In this document: positions 26,205 to 39,790 of the stretch, in pieces
Layout of the letters: each line of letters opens with the position of its first letter
How positions within the stretch are numbered: position 1 is the first letter of the stretch
Notes under the pieces: model-generated
The model's input: the letters and a program-made list of their open reading frames with translations, nothing else
Databases searched by the model: none
Told to the model about the DNA's origin: nothing
Made by a program: the position numbers and the translations under genes
Source of the DNA: Hamiltosporidium tvaerminnensis FI-OER-3-3
Lineage: Eukaryota > Fungi > Microsporidia
Length of the DNA stretch: 64,000 nucleotides
Assembly: GCA_022605425.2 (NCBI GenBank)
Contig: JAKIMF020000001.1
Span: 2,232,001-2,296,000 of the forward strand
Direction: 5' to 3'

Positions 26205-27124
26205 GGGTTTTTTTGCTTCAAATAATTTTTTTAAATCATTTTTATTGCGTAAATTTTTAGTTTTTTTTACTCGTTAATATTTGTATAAAAAAAAATTTTT
26301 TGGATTTCAAAATTTTAATAAATTATTTTACCGATTAATTCGTCATATATGATACCATTAATAAAAACAACTTTTTTATTGCATTTATTTTACCATATTT
26401 TAATCATTGATTTATTTAAGATTTAAAGAACTATTTTTAAATAGGTTTTTAAATTTTCAATACTTGTTTTTCTTTAAAACCAAGACTTAGGATAAATATT
26501 TTAATAAAAAAATACCTTTTCACATGAAAGAATCTAATTTTTAAAACAATTATTATTTAAGTTTTGATTCAAATAATTAAAAGAAACTCGAATCTAAAAA
26601 AATCTTATTAAAAGCAATTTTATACTAATTTTTAAACCAAACTACCAAAAAAATATGACTTTAAATTGATTTTAAGCTTATTTTATCATCTATAATAAAT
26701 GAAACTCTAAGTAATTTCTTCTCATAAAATATAAAAATGTTAAAATTGACTTTTAATAAATTTAACTTTTGAAATTTATTGAATAAAGCAAATAAAGATA
26801 AACATAATTTAATCCTTGTTTTATTTTGTGCGAATAAACAGGACGAAGACTAAGTGATATGAATTGCGAATTATATGCAACTCTTTACAACACATTTATT
26901 GTATTTAACTAAGCAATGAAGCACCAAAGCATAAGTATATATTATTAGCAAACAAATTATAGATACACCCACTTCTAGGAAGACAACCCTGTTTGAAGTA
27001 ATCGTTAAGCTAAGAATAGTGTTGCAGAATATTAATTAGGAAATTTCAAATATTTTCATAAAAGAAAGGAATAATGTCGAAAACTTCATTCAAAGTTATA
27101 TAAAGCTAAATACAACATATTTAG

Positions 27125-27640
27125 TCAATGAGATAACAGTCCATTAAGAGCTCTAGCCTCTTTTATTATAAAATTTCGCTCCTAAAGATCAAGCACCTCT
27201 GTTCCCCATTTCGTCTATACCAAGATTATTGAGATATTTTTTGATTTCATCGAGCCATCTAGTTCTGAAGCGACCAGGAAGTCTTCGATCTTCGGGATTG
27301 AACATATACACCTATATCAATACTTTGCTGTCTGGCATTTGTTCAAGATGACCCAGCTATCGGTGTCTGGTTCTTTTAACTTAGTTTACTAATCCAGTAT
27401 TTCGATATAAATTTTTAATCGTTGTTGTTAAAAGATTACTACTCTCCTTGCTGATTTCTTACTAGCCCGTATATTCTCAGTAGAATCCTTCGTTCTGATA
27501 TAGACAGAATAGCTTCATGCAGCTTTTATTATCCAAGTTAAATGAAACATAACTCGGTATAAATTATTAGACTAAATATCAGACAATAACAACACTGATA
27601 AAAAGTTTACCTCGGTTATATTCAATATTAAGATAAGTTA
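27125..27640 (-). mobile_element. Decayed RTE-clade LINE 3' end
   Basis: Minus strand reads SERRILLRIYG, LGHLEQM and GRFRTRWLDE; ends GAGGCTAGAGCTCTTAATGGACTG, similar to the tail at 52337-52365. Confidence 0.75.
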
Positions 27641-27789
27641 GGAAAGCAAAAAATTTTAATAATTTATAAGGCTTTATGCTTCAATAATTCATATAAGGTT
27701 TCAATATAGTAGTAAAATTGTTTTAAAAACATAAAAAAACAAACTAAATTATTAAATATTTTTTTTCTTTAATAAATACCGATAAGTTC

Positions 27790-28680
27790 TGTCCACGGAA
27801 AGAATTCGAAGTTATTTTATGAATGAATTCCTTGAATTTAAAAAATATATTAAATTTTAGCAAACAAATTCTTATCGTAGATTTGGATACGAGATCTGAT
27901 TTATTTTAACAACACTAGATTAAATAATATACTATTTTATAGAGATCGGAATCACATCACAAGATTCACTTCAAATAGTTGAAACTATAAAAAAGCTACG
28001 TAAATACGAATATTGAGATCGGAATTACATCACAAGATTCACTTCAAATAGTTGAAACTATAAAAAAGCTACGTAAATACGAATATTGAGATCGGAATTA
28101 CATCACAAGATTCACTTCAAGTATTTGAAACTATAAAAAAGCTACGTAAATACGAATCATTCATCAGCATTTTGGTCTTATTATTTTCAATAATATCAAA
28201 TAAATCTCTTATGAAATGAACATGGGATGTTATGTAACTAAATAGTACAACTCAAACCTTAAAAAGCCCCGAATACTAGTATGAATGAAGGCATATATAC
28301 AGTAGATAGTACTTAAAAAGACATTCGAAAATATTTATTTTCATCTACGAATATAATTTAACTTAATTCAAAATCCAAATCAGACTTGAGGAATATATTT
28401 TTACGGCTATACAAGGATCATAAATGCTTTAAAATTATATATACCCACTGCTCACACGCCAATCAGGAGTAAAGTGTAATTAAAACCAAAATCATAAACA
28501 CCTTTCCTTACTCTTTTAGTTGTAAAAAATGTAAAGTAAATTAAAATATTTAGTCAAAATATAGAAAAGAAGTCAAATATAAAGAAAGAATCACATTAAA
28601 CAGTAAAATCCAGAATAAAGAAAACAAAAAAGTTATTGAAAAGTAACCGAAGTTTTGTTGATTTCATTTTAAAATTAATA
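27790..28680 (+). mobile_element. Decayed R4/Dong-like LINE fragment containing a 73-bp triplication
   Basis: GGAATCACATCACAAGATTCACTTCAAATAGTTGAAAC and GATAGTACTTAAAAAGAC match the LINE. Confidence 0.75.
27942..28156 (+). repeat. 73-bp tandem repeat, 3 units
   Basis: Units start at 27942, 28015 and 28088. Confidence 0.95.
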
Positions 28681-28746
28681 AAAGCACAGAAAATTAATTA
28701 AAAGAGATAAAAAATATTTTTAATTTACATTCTTTAAGAATCAAAA

Positions 28747-30186
28747 TTAATTTTTATCGTTATTTTTTCTGTTCTCCTTTAAAATTGCATTGACCATTTT
28801 TTCGTGTTCATCAGTTGGTTTTTTAAATTCTTTTATTACACAATCAGTAGGAAGTTCTAATCCAAATTCAGAATAGAGACCCATTTTAATGTCATCGCAA
28901 CTGACATTAATATCTTCACGATTTCGTGCAAATTTACATGCGGTAGAACAAAGTTTTTCAATAAAAGTATCAACTATTCTATAAAGAAGATATGCAGGTC
29001 CGTTGTCCAAAATTATTTCTGAATCTACATCCTTAATTACCTCCCGAACATCTTTTCTTTTTGCAATAAATTCTTCAAGTTTTTGTAGTTCATTTGAATC
29101 GGCTTTAATTTGGGGTTGTGTGAAGGAAAAATGCGGGAACATAAAACCTGCTTTTTCATGTTCCCTTACTAATGGAGATTGCACAGACAATCTTCGTTTT
29201 TTTTTTAATGTAGTGTCTTGAACATATTGTTGCGATGAACCTGGAGTTTTTGAAGGCGAAACGGGTGGATAAACAATATTCTGATTTGGTGTAATTGCTC
29301 TTGGATTTTCATAGAGATTTTGATTTGTAGATTGAGGATAGAAAGAGCTATAAACAGGTGATTGTTTAGAAAAAGCCTGATTGTTATACGGAGGTACAGG
29401 ACCTTGCATCATCCTTGCAGGGTGCTGAGGTGTAAACATATGATTTGGCCCATAAGGAATATTCATATAATTTGGTGGAACCAAATTATTATTCATACCC
29501 GGTGGATTAGTAAATGAAGGTGATGTACCGTACATCGGCGGTGGAAACATTCTTGGGTCTTGTGGCATCATCCTCAAACTATCTTCAGATCTTGAAAAGT
29601 ATGGATAACCCATGGGTGGATAAGGAAAATAAGGATACGTTGTTTTATTAGAAGGTGGTATTCTTTGCGGTTGGTTTGCCATTTGAATATACGAATCCTT
29701 AGCACTCTTAAATATTTTACGATTTAAAAGGGGATCTTCCGAAGGATCTTGAGGCGTTTGAGTTTCTAAAAGTCTCGGATCAATTGTTCTTACTTCATCA
29801 TCTGTATAGTTTTGATTTTTAAATACATCATAACTTTCGGAAGGGGCATTCTGTTCTGATGTGTGTGGTGTAGTTTCAGATTTTCTTTCCATGTTTTTAG
29901 ACTGAACGGCTTGAAAAGAAGAAATTTCATTTGAAAGTTTTTTTTTACGAAACAAATCATCACAAAACTTTCCAAAACTATTTTTTCTTGGTTTCATAAA
30001 ATTTATATACTTCGCATTAAACATAGTAATACTATTTATAAGTCGTTGTTGTTCTGAATACAATCCAGATATATATTCATTATCTTGATTGTTATTAGTT
30101 TTCAACTTCTTTTCAATTTTCTTATATGCTTTTATTAATTCTTCATAATGACTTTTTAGTTTTTGTGCTTCATCGTTAGCCTCCAT
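28747..30186 (-). CDS. TAF12: TFIID subunit TAF12-like histone-fold protein with long Pro/Gln/Met-rich N-terminal region
   Basis: C-terminal IVDTFIEKLCSTACKFARNRE..VSCDDIK resembles the TAF12 motif IADDFIESVVTAACQLARHRKS. Confidence 0.72.
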   Translation of the reverse strand: MEANDEAQKLKSHYEELIKAYKKIEKKLKTNNNQDNEYISGLYSEQQRLINSITMFNAKYINFMKPRKNSFGKFCDDLFRKKKLSNEISSFQAVQSKNMERKSETTPHTSEQNAPSESYDVFKNQNYTDDEVRTIDPRLLETQTPQDPSEDPLLNRKIFKSAKDSYIQMANQPQRIPPSNKTTYPYFPYPPMGYPYFSRSEDSLRMMPQDPRMFPPPMYGTSPSFTNPPGMNNNLVPPNYMNIPYGPNHMFTPQHPARMMQGPVPPYNNQAFSKQSPVYSSFYPQSTNQNLYENPRAITPNQNIVYPPVSPSKTPGSSQQYVQDTTLKKKRRLSVQSPLVREHEKAGFMFPHFSFTQPQIKADSNELQKLEEFIAKRKDVREVIKDVDSEIILDNGPAYLLYRIVDTFIEKLCSTACKFARNREDINVSCDDIKMGLYSEFGLELPTDCVIKEFKKPTDEHEKMVNAILKENRKNNDKN

Positions 30187-31118
30187 TTATGGTCTAAAAA
30201 TATTTTTTTGATATAAATTTAGCTGGAATAAATAGAAATTTGTATTTTTTGAACATAAAAAATATGAAAACGATTTATATTTATAGAAATTTTTATTTAT
30301 GAAATAATTTTTGCGAATTTATTCAAATGTGTTTTTTTTTTCATTCTGTTTAAAGATTTGTTCTTGAATAAACAATAATTGTATAAATTCAATTTGATTA
30401 TTTCTCAAAAAATATTATTTTTAATTAGTTCGACAGTTTTTTTAATTTAATTTGTTTCGATTTTAGTTGGTTGACTAAATAATTTTACTGTAAAATGAAT
30501 ATTTAAATATTTCATTTTAGGTAAATTATATCGAAATAAAAAAATAATTTGTTGTTTTTATTTATAGCAAATGTGTAGATTTACTGTAAATTATTTAATT
30601 TATTATATTTTATTGTGGTATAGCAAATCATTTCGTAAAAAATTGATATTTTAAGCAAACATATTTTTTTAAAGCGAAAATACAGTATTTCAAAAAATAT
30701 CGTTGCAAGTATTTTCTCCAATAATTTATTTTTTGACTTGAAAAGGAGAATATTTTAGTGTTTAAGCCTATAAAATTCAGATTCATTTGATTTTTATAAA
30801 ATCTGCTTTATTTTAAATAAAAAAAATGAAATGAATATTTTATAAGATTATATTTAAAAAAATAAAAATTAGAAGAAAAAGAACCGAATTTTTACTCGAT
30901 AAAGAAAATAATGTTCTAAATTGAATTTTATTGTGAATTATATTTAATATTCATATATATTTTGATTTGACTTATATTTAAATGATATTACTTCTATATA
31001 CAAATGTATTATCGATTCAAAAAATATTTTGCACCGGTGAATATAAAAATCTATAAATTATCTAAATTTGATATTTTTTATTGCTATCTAATATAATAAC
31101 AATTTAATATTTTCCAAA

Positions 31119-31440
31119 TATAGCTTTGAAATATAGAATGTAATATAAAAGTATCTATTGCATTGCTTATCTAATACATTACAGATTAAATATCTTTTAA
31201 CTATAGCTTGGAAGTATAGAATGTAATATAAAAGCATCTATTGTATTGCTTATCTAATACATTACAGATTAAATATCTTTTAACTATAGCTTGGAAGTAT
31301 AGAATGTAATATAAAAGCATCTATTGTATTGCTTATCTAATACATTACAGATTAAATATCTTTTAACTATAGCTTGGAAGTATAGAATGTAATATAAAAG
31401 CATCTATTGTATTGCTTATCTAATACATTACAGATTAAAT
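31119..31440. repeat. 83-bp tandem repeat, ~3.9 units
   Basis: Units start at 31119, 31202, 31285 and 31368; units 2-4 appear identical. Confidence 0.95.
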
Positions 31441-32866
31441 TTAATGTGTATTTTAAAGCTGGAAAAGTAATTTGGAATTATTTTAATTCACTTGATAATT
31501 TAAGTATTGAAAGATGTCTTTGAATTTTTAAATACTTTAGAAGAAAAACAGCAAATTAAAAAAAATGTGAAAATATATTTTTTTTCTTTGTGTTTTTAAA
31601 TTAAAATGATAAATGAATGTATTAAAATGTTTAGATTAAAATATATTTCAAATCTAAATTAAAAAAAGTAATTTAAATGTAAAATAAATAAATCAAGAAA
31701 ATTGATCAGTGTAGAATTTCATTATTTAAATATTCGAGTAAACTTTTTTAATTCTAAAATACCGAGTTAAGCAATGTTTCTATTTGCAAAGCTAATTATC
31801 ACTTCAAGATATGTTTTTAGTGTGGTTTTTAAGATATTTTAGTCTGTTTCAAACGGGCTGTTTGAATATTTAATATACATACCGTTTTATAAGCTTAAAA
31901 AAGTAAACTAATAAAAAGTAAAAGACCTTTTTTAATGTACATATCTATAGATTTATTCAGAAAAAGAATTTTCAGGCGGTGATTTTTAGAACATAGGAAG
32001 GTTCTATCATAATACTTTAAAGCTTCTAATCTGAAAAATATTTTATAATTTTTTTCTTGTTCAAATATAGTCTTTTTTATACATAAAAATTTAGTTATTA
32101 ACAATATACAGCATTCAGAATGCACCTTTAGTCTTAGAAACGGAATAACTAAAATTTATTTATCTACAGAAATCAATATCGTATTTAAATAGCGTACTTG
32201 ATATAATAAAAGCACAAAATAAATATTTTACACTTAATTGGAAAATCTAATTGAAGTTTTAGTTTTATAGTTATTTTTAGATACAGTAATAATTTCTCAT
32301 TAAAGATAAGTAACTCTATTTTTTTTATTTTGTGTTTTGCGATTCTAAAAATAATTATTTGGTAATATCATGATATATGGAAATTTAATTGATTAAAATA
32401 TATAATCGTTTTTAAATCCACAGAGATATTCATCGATTTTTCAAAATCAAATGATAATTCAAAGAGTAAATCAGAGTAAAGGCAAAATATTCTAGAGAGC
32501 TTGACAAATGATGTTGCAATTTATGATGCCAAAGCATAAAAATATACGTTAATCTTATGATAAATAACGTGGAGAGTCTAAAATGTCATTTGTAATAGTT
32601 CAATAAAAAGTTTCAAGCCTACATAAATAAAGTTTGAAGTAAAATTTTGATTCGAGATTTAGAAGATTTAATCAAAGAAATAACTTAATTTAATTAAATA
32701 TAGCAATGTGATTGTAAATAATTAATGGATTTCCTTAAATATTGAGGATTATTTGTTTATATATTTACCGTTTCTTGGAATATTTTTTGCAATAAAATCT
32801 GATATAAAAGTAATTTGCTTCTCACGCCAATATTATTTATTTCGAAATAATTTTTTTAACATTAAA

Positions 32867-33577
32867 ACATAAAAAACTTTCTGCTTGGCAATGAATGTGT
32901 GAAACTTCTGTGAAGATCATTGTTTGGATTTTTGGAGGAAAATAAAACCACACTACGTTTTCGGTTGTTCCATGGGAGTTCTTATGAAGACGAAAGATCT
33001 AAGAAATAACAAAACTTTTTCTACAACAAATTTATTTGTTGTTTTTTATGTAATATAATTGCAAACCACGGCTGAACATGTAGGTAATTGCCATTTGTGT
33101 GCATGGAACTGAGCTGCTCACTTGGGTCAGAGGACTTGGCGCCTGGGAGATACAAACCAAAAAAACCATATAAAGCCAGGAAAGCTAAGTAGCAGGTTAT
33201 ACCTGTTGGTATGACATTGCGCTGCCTAGGTGGACACCATGTAAATCTCTAAAATATATCTTAGCTAGAAGTTTATTGGGTTCAGAAAGTGTAGAGTAAG
33301 TGGGAATGCTGCATAGTCTTGGGAGAGCACAGGGGAGCTTCGGCCTTTGATCATACACCATGCAACGGACATTAACGAATTCCGGGCAACTGCCTTGCCT
33401 ATTAATTAGGTTCTACACACCTGGTAGATGAAAGACTTTGGGACGTAGGTATCGCAGGGGTTATCGATGGAGTGTTGGGTTAGCAGTCATTTATTTTAAA
33501 CCTAAAACTGCGTCAATGTCATGAAAACAAATATAAACTTGCCACTATTTTAAAAAAATGTGATACTTTTAAATAAA
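32867..33577 (+). mobile_element. Long structured SINE-like element, copy 2 (slightly 5'-truncated, most divergent)
   Basis: Colinear with copy 1; lacks the first ~17 nt; ends GTGATACTTTTAAATAAA. Confidence 0.9.
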
Positions 33578-34190
33578 TTATTTGTATTGAATAATATATT
33601 CAATAAACTATAATAGAGGTTATAATATATCAACAGAAATGATAAAATACAAAAAAATTACTAAATAAATTTCTTTTATGTCACGAATTTTTAATCCTGC
33701 TTAATTATGTAGATTAAATAAATTTAAACTTTTTAGGAGTAAATAAAGAAACATATAATAGATTCGCAAATATTATCTTTAATAATTAAATCAAATTTCA
33801 AAGCAGGATTAAATGGCAGAGAAAGATTTACTAAACCCGTGATCATATTTTAGGATTCGTTTAGAGTATTTATTAAACTCAATTTGTATATCTAATGATA
33901 TTTTTAAAAATTTTTAAAACGTAATTTATGAAGCTCAATCATGTATATTAGACTTATTAATTGTGTAAATGAAACCTATAGCCAGTGTAAATAAAATCTA
34001 GGAAAAAATAGATGTAAAGAAATGTTATAACTTGTTTTTTTAAAACCAGTATCGGTTGTAATAAGTTTATAAAAATATTAGAAAAATTTTATTTAATTTT
34101 TAAACTGGATATGTCTATATTTAATTAAAAAAAGAATATAATAGGAGAAAAAACATACCAACAAAATTTACTTAAGTTTTAATGATAGCT

Positions 34191-34404
34191 GGTGGTGAGG
34201 ATAACTACACTAAAAACTATCTGCTTGGCAATGAGTGTCTAGAATTCTTTTAAAATTATTGTTGAAATTTTGGTGTGATATAAACCATGCTGGATCTATA
34301 CACCATTTCTATAATCCTGAGTCATACTGATTAAAAGAATTAAATGAAAGATTTTCATTTGCTAATCTTCGATACTGAAGGTAAAAGAAGACAGGAATAA
34401 GTAA
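34191..34404 (+). mobile_element. Short SINE-like element copy
   Basis: GAGGATAACTACACTAAAAACTATCTGCTTGGCAATGAGTGT head; AGGTAAAAGAAGACAGGAATAAGTAA tail. Confidence 0.8.
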
Positions 34405-34760
34405 CTCATTAAGCAATGTAAAGTTCCTAAAAATGTTTTTTTTTGATTTTGTCAGTATATAAATATCAAAATTATAACTGTAGAATTCTAAATTTTTAGA
34501 TTAAAGTGTAATTTTATAAATCATATTGCAAAACTCATCGTGTTTTTTTGCTCTAATTGTACTAAAATCGAGATTTGAAATTTTATCTTTTTCACTCGCA
34601 CTATTTGTACCAAAATATAGATGATTATTCATATTCTTTTATAGTATTTTTATATGATATATTGGATTCTAAAATGTACATATAGTTTGATATAAACAAA
34701 ATATTAATTAAATTAGAAAAAAAACTTTTTTTATTTTTGTATAGTAAATAAATGAATCAT

Positions 34761-35525
34761 TTAAATGACAAGCAGAGGAAGTTCTACCAATTTATGTAAG
34801 GCTTTTTCACTAAAATGATTGTGGCCTTCAACTGTACCTTCGAATTGGACGATAAAGTTTTTTATTTCTTTAATTTCATCGGTTTTATTTGTTTTAATTC
34901 CAATAGATACGGATAAAGTATTTTCGTTTGCTTCTAAAAATATTATAATGTATTTATCCTTAGAACTGTTGATGTATTTGTATAAAAAGTTGAGTAACTG
35001 TAAAAAAACATTACCATTGCTCTTTTTTAAGGTGGTTTTTAATCCTACCTGTGTTAAAAAATCGAATTGTATAACTTCATAGAAATCTTTCATTTTATCA
35101 AAATTCCAGATATATTTCAAGGTGTTTTCTTCTTTGAAATACACCGTTGCTTCATTTGGATCTCTTTGAATTTCATCTTTCCTTGCTTTTATTTTGTCTA
35201 ATTCTTCATCTAATTTTTTTTCTTGTTTTTGAAAATATGAAAATGAATTTTCCATATAAGTCTCAGTCTTATCGTAAGATTCTTCTTTCATCCTACAAAC
35301 TACACCATAATACTTATTGTCTTTTTTCTTAACAACGATTCCTACTTTGTTTTTCAAACAATCTACCATAGATATAATATCTTCTAGCGAAATCTTACTT
35401 TCGGAAATTATACCTTCCATTTTTTCACATAAAAGTTCTGCTCTATAGTGTGATTCTACAAATAGAGTTAATCCGATAGATATAACAATTATAATTAGAA
35501 GCTTAATTGCCACATTTTTACTCAT
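34761..35525 (-). CDS. Hypothetical N-terminally membrane-anchored protein (paralog of 17091-17801)
   Basis: 254-aa ORF with N-terminal hydrophobic segment; FLTQVGLKTTLKKSNGNVFLQLLNFL resembles FFSKLGLCSTLRNAEVNLFLGLHTFL. Confidence 0.8.
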   Translation of the reverse strand: MSKNVAIKLLIIIVISIGLTLFVESHYRAELLCEKMEGIISESKISLEDIISMVDCLKNKVGIVVKKKDNKYYGVVCRMKEESYDKTETYMENSFSYFQKQEKKLDEELDKIKARKDEIQRDPNEATVYFKEENTLKYIWNFDKMKDFYEVIQFDFLTQVGLKTTLKKSNGNVFLQLLNFLYKYINSSKDKYIIIFLEANENTLSVSIGIKTNKTDEIKEIKNFIVQFEGTVEGHNHFSEKALHKLVELPLLVI

Positions 35526-36839
35526 AATTTTTTTAAAAAAATTATAAATTTATATTTTCAAAAATAAAAATAAATCAACTAGAGCTTACTTTCAGATAAT
35601 ATATCTTTATTTTATGTTTACTCCCTAGTATATATTATTTTAATTGGTTAATTAAAATATTTTTTAATATACGTGGTATTAAATATTGAATTTCCCTTAG
35701 TATTATTAGTTAAAATAGAATAATAAATAACTTTTCTTTAATTTTCCTATACATTTTTAACGAATAAAAAATCAAAAAAATATATTTAAATCTTACAAAC
35801 AATAAACAGAAAATATACTTTATAAGTATCTTACAAAATTTTGATCAAACTAAACCAATTTTTAAATAAAAAAGAGTATTTTATTCCGTATGTGCATCAT
35901 TAGAATGAATTTTTAAAATAACAAAGACAGAAGTAAGTTTCTTCGAATATGCGATGATATTGTCTTAATCTGGGAATATAAAGCATTTAAACTGTTTTCA
36001 GCAGAAAAATTAAAATAATATATATTCAGATTTAAAGTTAATTACAGAATGTGCACACAATTTTCTGTTTCTTATATAATATAAATCTTTTACAGTGTGT
36101 TATTTAGGTATACTAGAGAAATATCATCTCACCTAAAGTTTTTTTAAGTTTATAAATTATTTTTTTCATTCGAAAAATTGTTACAGCGAGTTATTAAGAA
36201 CAATTATAAAATATATAAAAATATGAAAAGAACGTAATTATTACATAAAATATCTAAAATCTAGAATACATAGCGTTAAATGAATAAGAATAATAAAACT
36301 GGGTTTTTTTTGAATTCAAAAAGCTTAAATAGAAAGTGTTCTATTAAAAATATAAAAATTAATCAACTAAGAACTACACATATATTTTGTTGGTTATAAC
36401 ATACCTTGAATCATAAAAAAGATATTTCAATAAATCAACGGAAAAAAAAATAAAAATTATATGCCAAAAAAAATTGAATTTCAGCAAGCGATTTATACGT
36501 TGTAACTTTATTTATTTTTAGTCAAGCTATAAAAAAATTATCGAAATACCACAATTTAAAAGTAATATCAGACAATATAACATCTTAGGTTAAAAAAATA
36601 TCAACCGTATTATAAACGCAAAAGATAAAAACAAAGCAACGTGTTTATTCATATTTTTTTATTGTATTATATACTGATTTACATCCTTAGACAAGATGTT
36701 TGAATCCTAATTTTAAGTGTTATAGGTAAAAAGAAAACTGGGATTGTCAATAGCATTATCACAACTTATTATTAGTATATGTGAAGGATACCCTTCACTC
36801 TTCTATCTTTTTATATATTTTCTTAAATTATGAGTTTAA

Positions 36840-37600
36840 AAATATTTTCTTCTGATTAAATATTTATTCTCCCTTCACCTACTTTATTCTTATCATCTTC
36901 CAAATGCAACTCTTTATATATGTTTATTATCAATTCAGATAATAGTTACTTCAGAAAAAATTATTTCTAAAATGGTGTTTGGTTTAAATTTTTAACCCAT
37001 TCTTTCTCATTGCCTGTTATTTTGAAGAATTTAATCGTTCTTCATGTATTTTTGCAGCTTTTTTTTGCAATTCTAATGCTTTATGACAAAGCATTTGACA
37101 TTATCCCGGACTCAAGTCTTCTTTGTGATTGAAAGAAATTTTTTCACATAAGGTTTTATACTATCGATGAAATGTATGCCTCTACATTCATAAGTATATG
37201 TAGTCTTTTCTGATATGTCTTATGGTATTTTGTCACAATATCGTTCCTGTATATCACATACAGAATCATCTCCAAAAATTATAAATAAGAACTAACTCAT
37301 TTGCTAAACAAAGGCCTACTCCCTAGGTTCCTTTTTTTCCAGTATTTGAAGTGAATCTTGGGAACTAATTCTTATTTCAATAAGAGTTATCCTTTTTTGT
37401 CTCCTGTCCAAAATAAATATATCGAGTCTATTGTTCCGAATCTTGACATCAGTTTTTATACCGGTATCCACTCTTATTACGCATACATAATTGAATAAAC
37501 TTTTGAACTGAATAACTCTTAAATCATTTTGTAGATTCGAATTTGTATCCATTGGGTAGTAGTAAATATATGCACCCAAGCACCTCATAACACGATAAGT
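36840..37600 (-). mobile_element. Decayed R4/Dong-like LINE 3' fragment
   Basis: ORF 37316-37588 contains IRVDTGIKTDVKIRNNRLDIFILD..SQDSLQI. Confidence 0.85.
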
Positions 37601-39357
37601 GTAATTATGCCTAGGATCGTCTTATTTCGAATGTCCAAATATTTTACAGTTCAATCAGATTAAATATCTATACGAAATAAAATTTATAAACTTGGTTTTT
37701 AAATATTTTCTTCTGTGTCATTTTTTTATTTTTATCTCACTCTAAATACCTTTTTTTATACTGCTCTTTATACTATTACAATACATAGAAACCCTAAAGA
37801 AAAGTATCAACATGTGTTTTTCATCAAATAAACCGTGTTATTAAGCATTAAATAATATCCAAGAAGTCTTTTTTTTACGATTAGCATAATAAACAGAAGA
37901 TCTATTTTAAAAAGGAGGTAAACTTGCTTTTATATTTTGTATTTCGTCGTCATCTGATTTATATGATAAGGAGTATATCTCTGATATTTTATTTCTATGA
38001 TTTTCACCTTCTTTTTACCGGTAGCTTTGAACATTCAAAAATGTGTTTTTGAATGAATCAAGTGGAATAAATCCATATACATCTCAATCTGACAAAGTAC
38101 CTAAACTTCTAATCTTCATGGAATCAAAGCTCACACTCTGAATCATTAAATAATCTAGAAAAGCCTTACGTGTGTCATCTTTAATAGTATTATAAGCTTT
38201 CATTTAAACAAGATAATTTTTAAGGGCACAAAAATATTTTTTTTTTATATTGAAACATGTTCACGATTGATTCTCTTTTTCTTCTTAATCTATTTTTAAA
38301 ATGAGTTCAAAGATTTATAAAAATGTATTAATCAAATTTTTTCTTTCGTATAAAACCAAACCTATTTAAAACTACAAATTCAATCTTTTATACATTTTAA
38401 GTACAAAGCAATTCAAAAATGATTATTAAAAGTAAAATAAATACATATTAAGTCTAAATTTATTCGAAGGTCTTTTAATACATAGTATCACTGTTTCTAT
38501 ATATCTGAGATTATATATAGAAAATAGATCTATTACGAAAAAAATATAATTTTAGCTCAATAATTACTAAAAACAGTTATAATTGTCATTTTCTTATTTA
38601 CGTAACACATTTTCACTATGGAATCAGTTTAACTGAAATATTTGTTCGCTAAGAAAAAATATTTGTAATATTTTTTAAGAATTATAAATATTTTAATGTT
38701 TAGTTCCTCATTTTAAATTTGAATTTTTTAGTTATTTAATTTGTAAATATTTTATTTATCAACGACTATAATATAACTAAAATATCCTTGCATATAGATT
38801 TGCTAGTTTTTTTGTTCTTTTTACCATCAAATTTTTAATCTCAATGAAGATTTTATTTATTGATAAATATAAAAACTGACTATAAAATATTTGAAATAAT
38901 GAAGTGTTTATATCAGCCACAGATGTATTATAAGATATCAAGTAAAAGTTTTAGAACAAAGTAATAATAGAGAAATAAAAATTTATTAGAAACAACCATG
39001 AACTAACAAAACGATACACTTGTTTAAAAGACCTAATATGGTTTTATAAAAATAACCGTTAAATACATAAAAAAATAGGAATAAAAAGAAATTATAATAA
39101 ATCAATATTTATTAGAAACCATATCACTTATACCTATTTCTATGCTTTCTCCTTTGTCTCTTAAGCTTACGCATTCTTTTCTTCTTCCACTTTTCTCTCA
39201 TTCGAAGGGTAAAATTTTATTTTTTTAAAAAAGGAACAAATTTGAGTAACCAATCATTTTTCTAAAATTTAAATTTTTGAAACAAAGTGTTTCAGAAGTA
39301 TGAAAAATCAAAAGAAATATTGGTAGATGAGTTGATTGATAATAATATAAATATAGA

Positions 39358-39723
39358 ATAGATACTTAGTGCTCTATGAGTATATTATTTATATCTTGTA
39401 AGTTCAGAAAAAATAAATAGAAAAGAAAATTGATAAATAAATTTTAAAATAGGTACTTACTGCTCTATGAGTATATTATTTATATCTTGTAAGTTCAGTA
39501 AAAAAAATAGAAAAGAAAATTAATAAATAAATTTTAAAATAGATACTTAGTGCTCTATGAGTATATTATTTATATCTTGTAAGTTCAGTAAAAAAAATAG
39601 AAAAGAAAATTAATAAATAAATTTTAAAATAGGTACTTACTGCTCTATGAGTATATTATTTATATCTTGTAAGTTCAGAAAAAAAAAATAGAAAAGAAAA
39701 TTAATAAAAAAATAAATTTTAAA
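39358..39723. repeat. ~90-bp tandem repeat, 4 units in an A-B-A-B pattern, immediately upstream of CCT3
   Basis: Units start at 39358, 39449, 39539 and 39629; GATACTTAGT and GGTACTTACT variants alternate. Confidence 0.93.
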
Positions 39724-39790
39724 AGAAATATTTTTTTGCAAAACCGTTTTTTTTTTTAAAAATAAATGTAAATATTTTACCCTTAAAAAA

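Noticed and set aside
31119-31440. CRISPR-like array
   Set aside because: Units are identical end to end with no unique spacers; eukaryotic context with no cas genes
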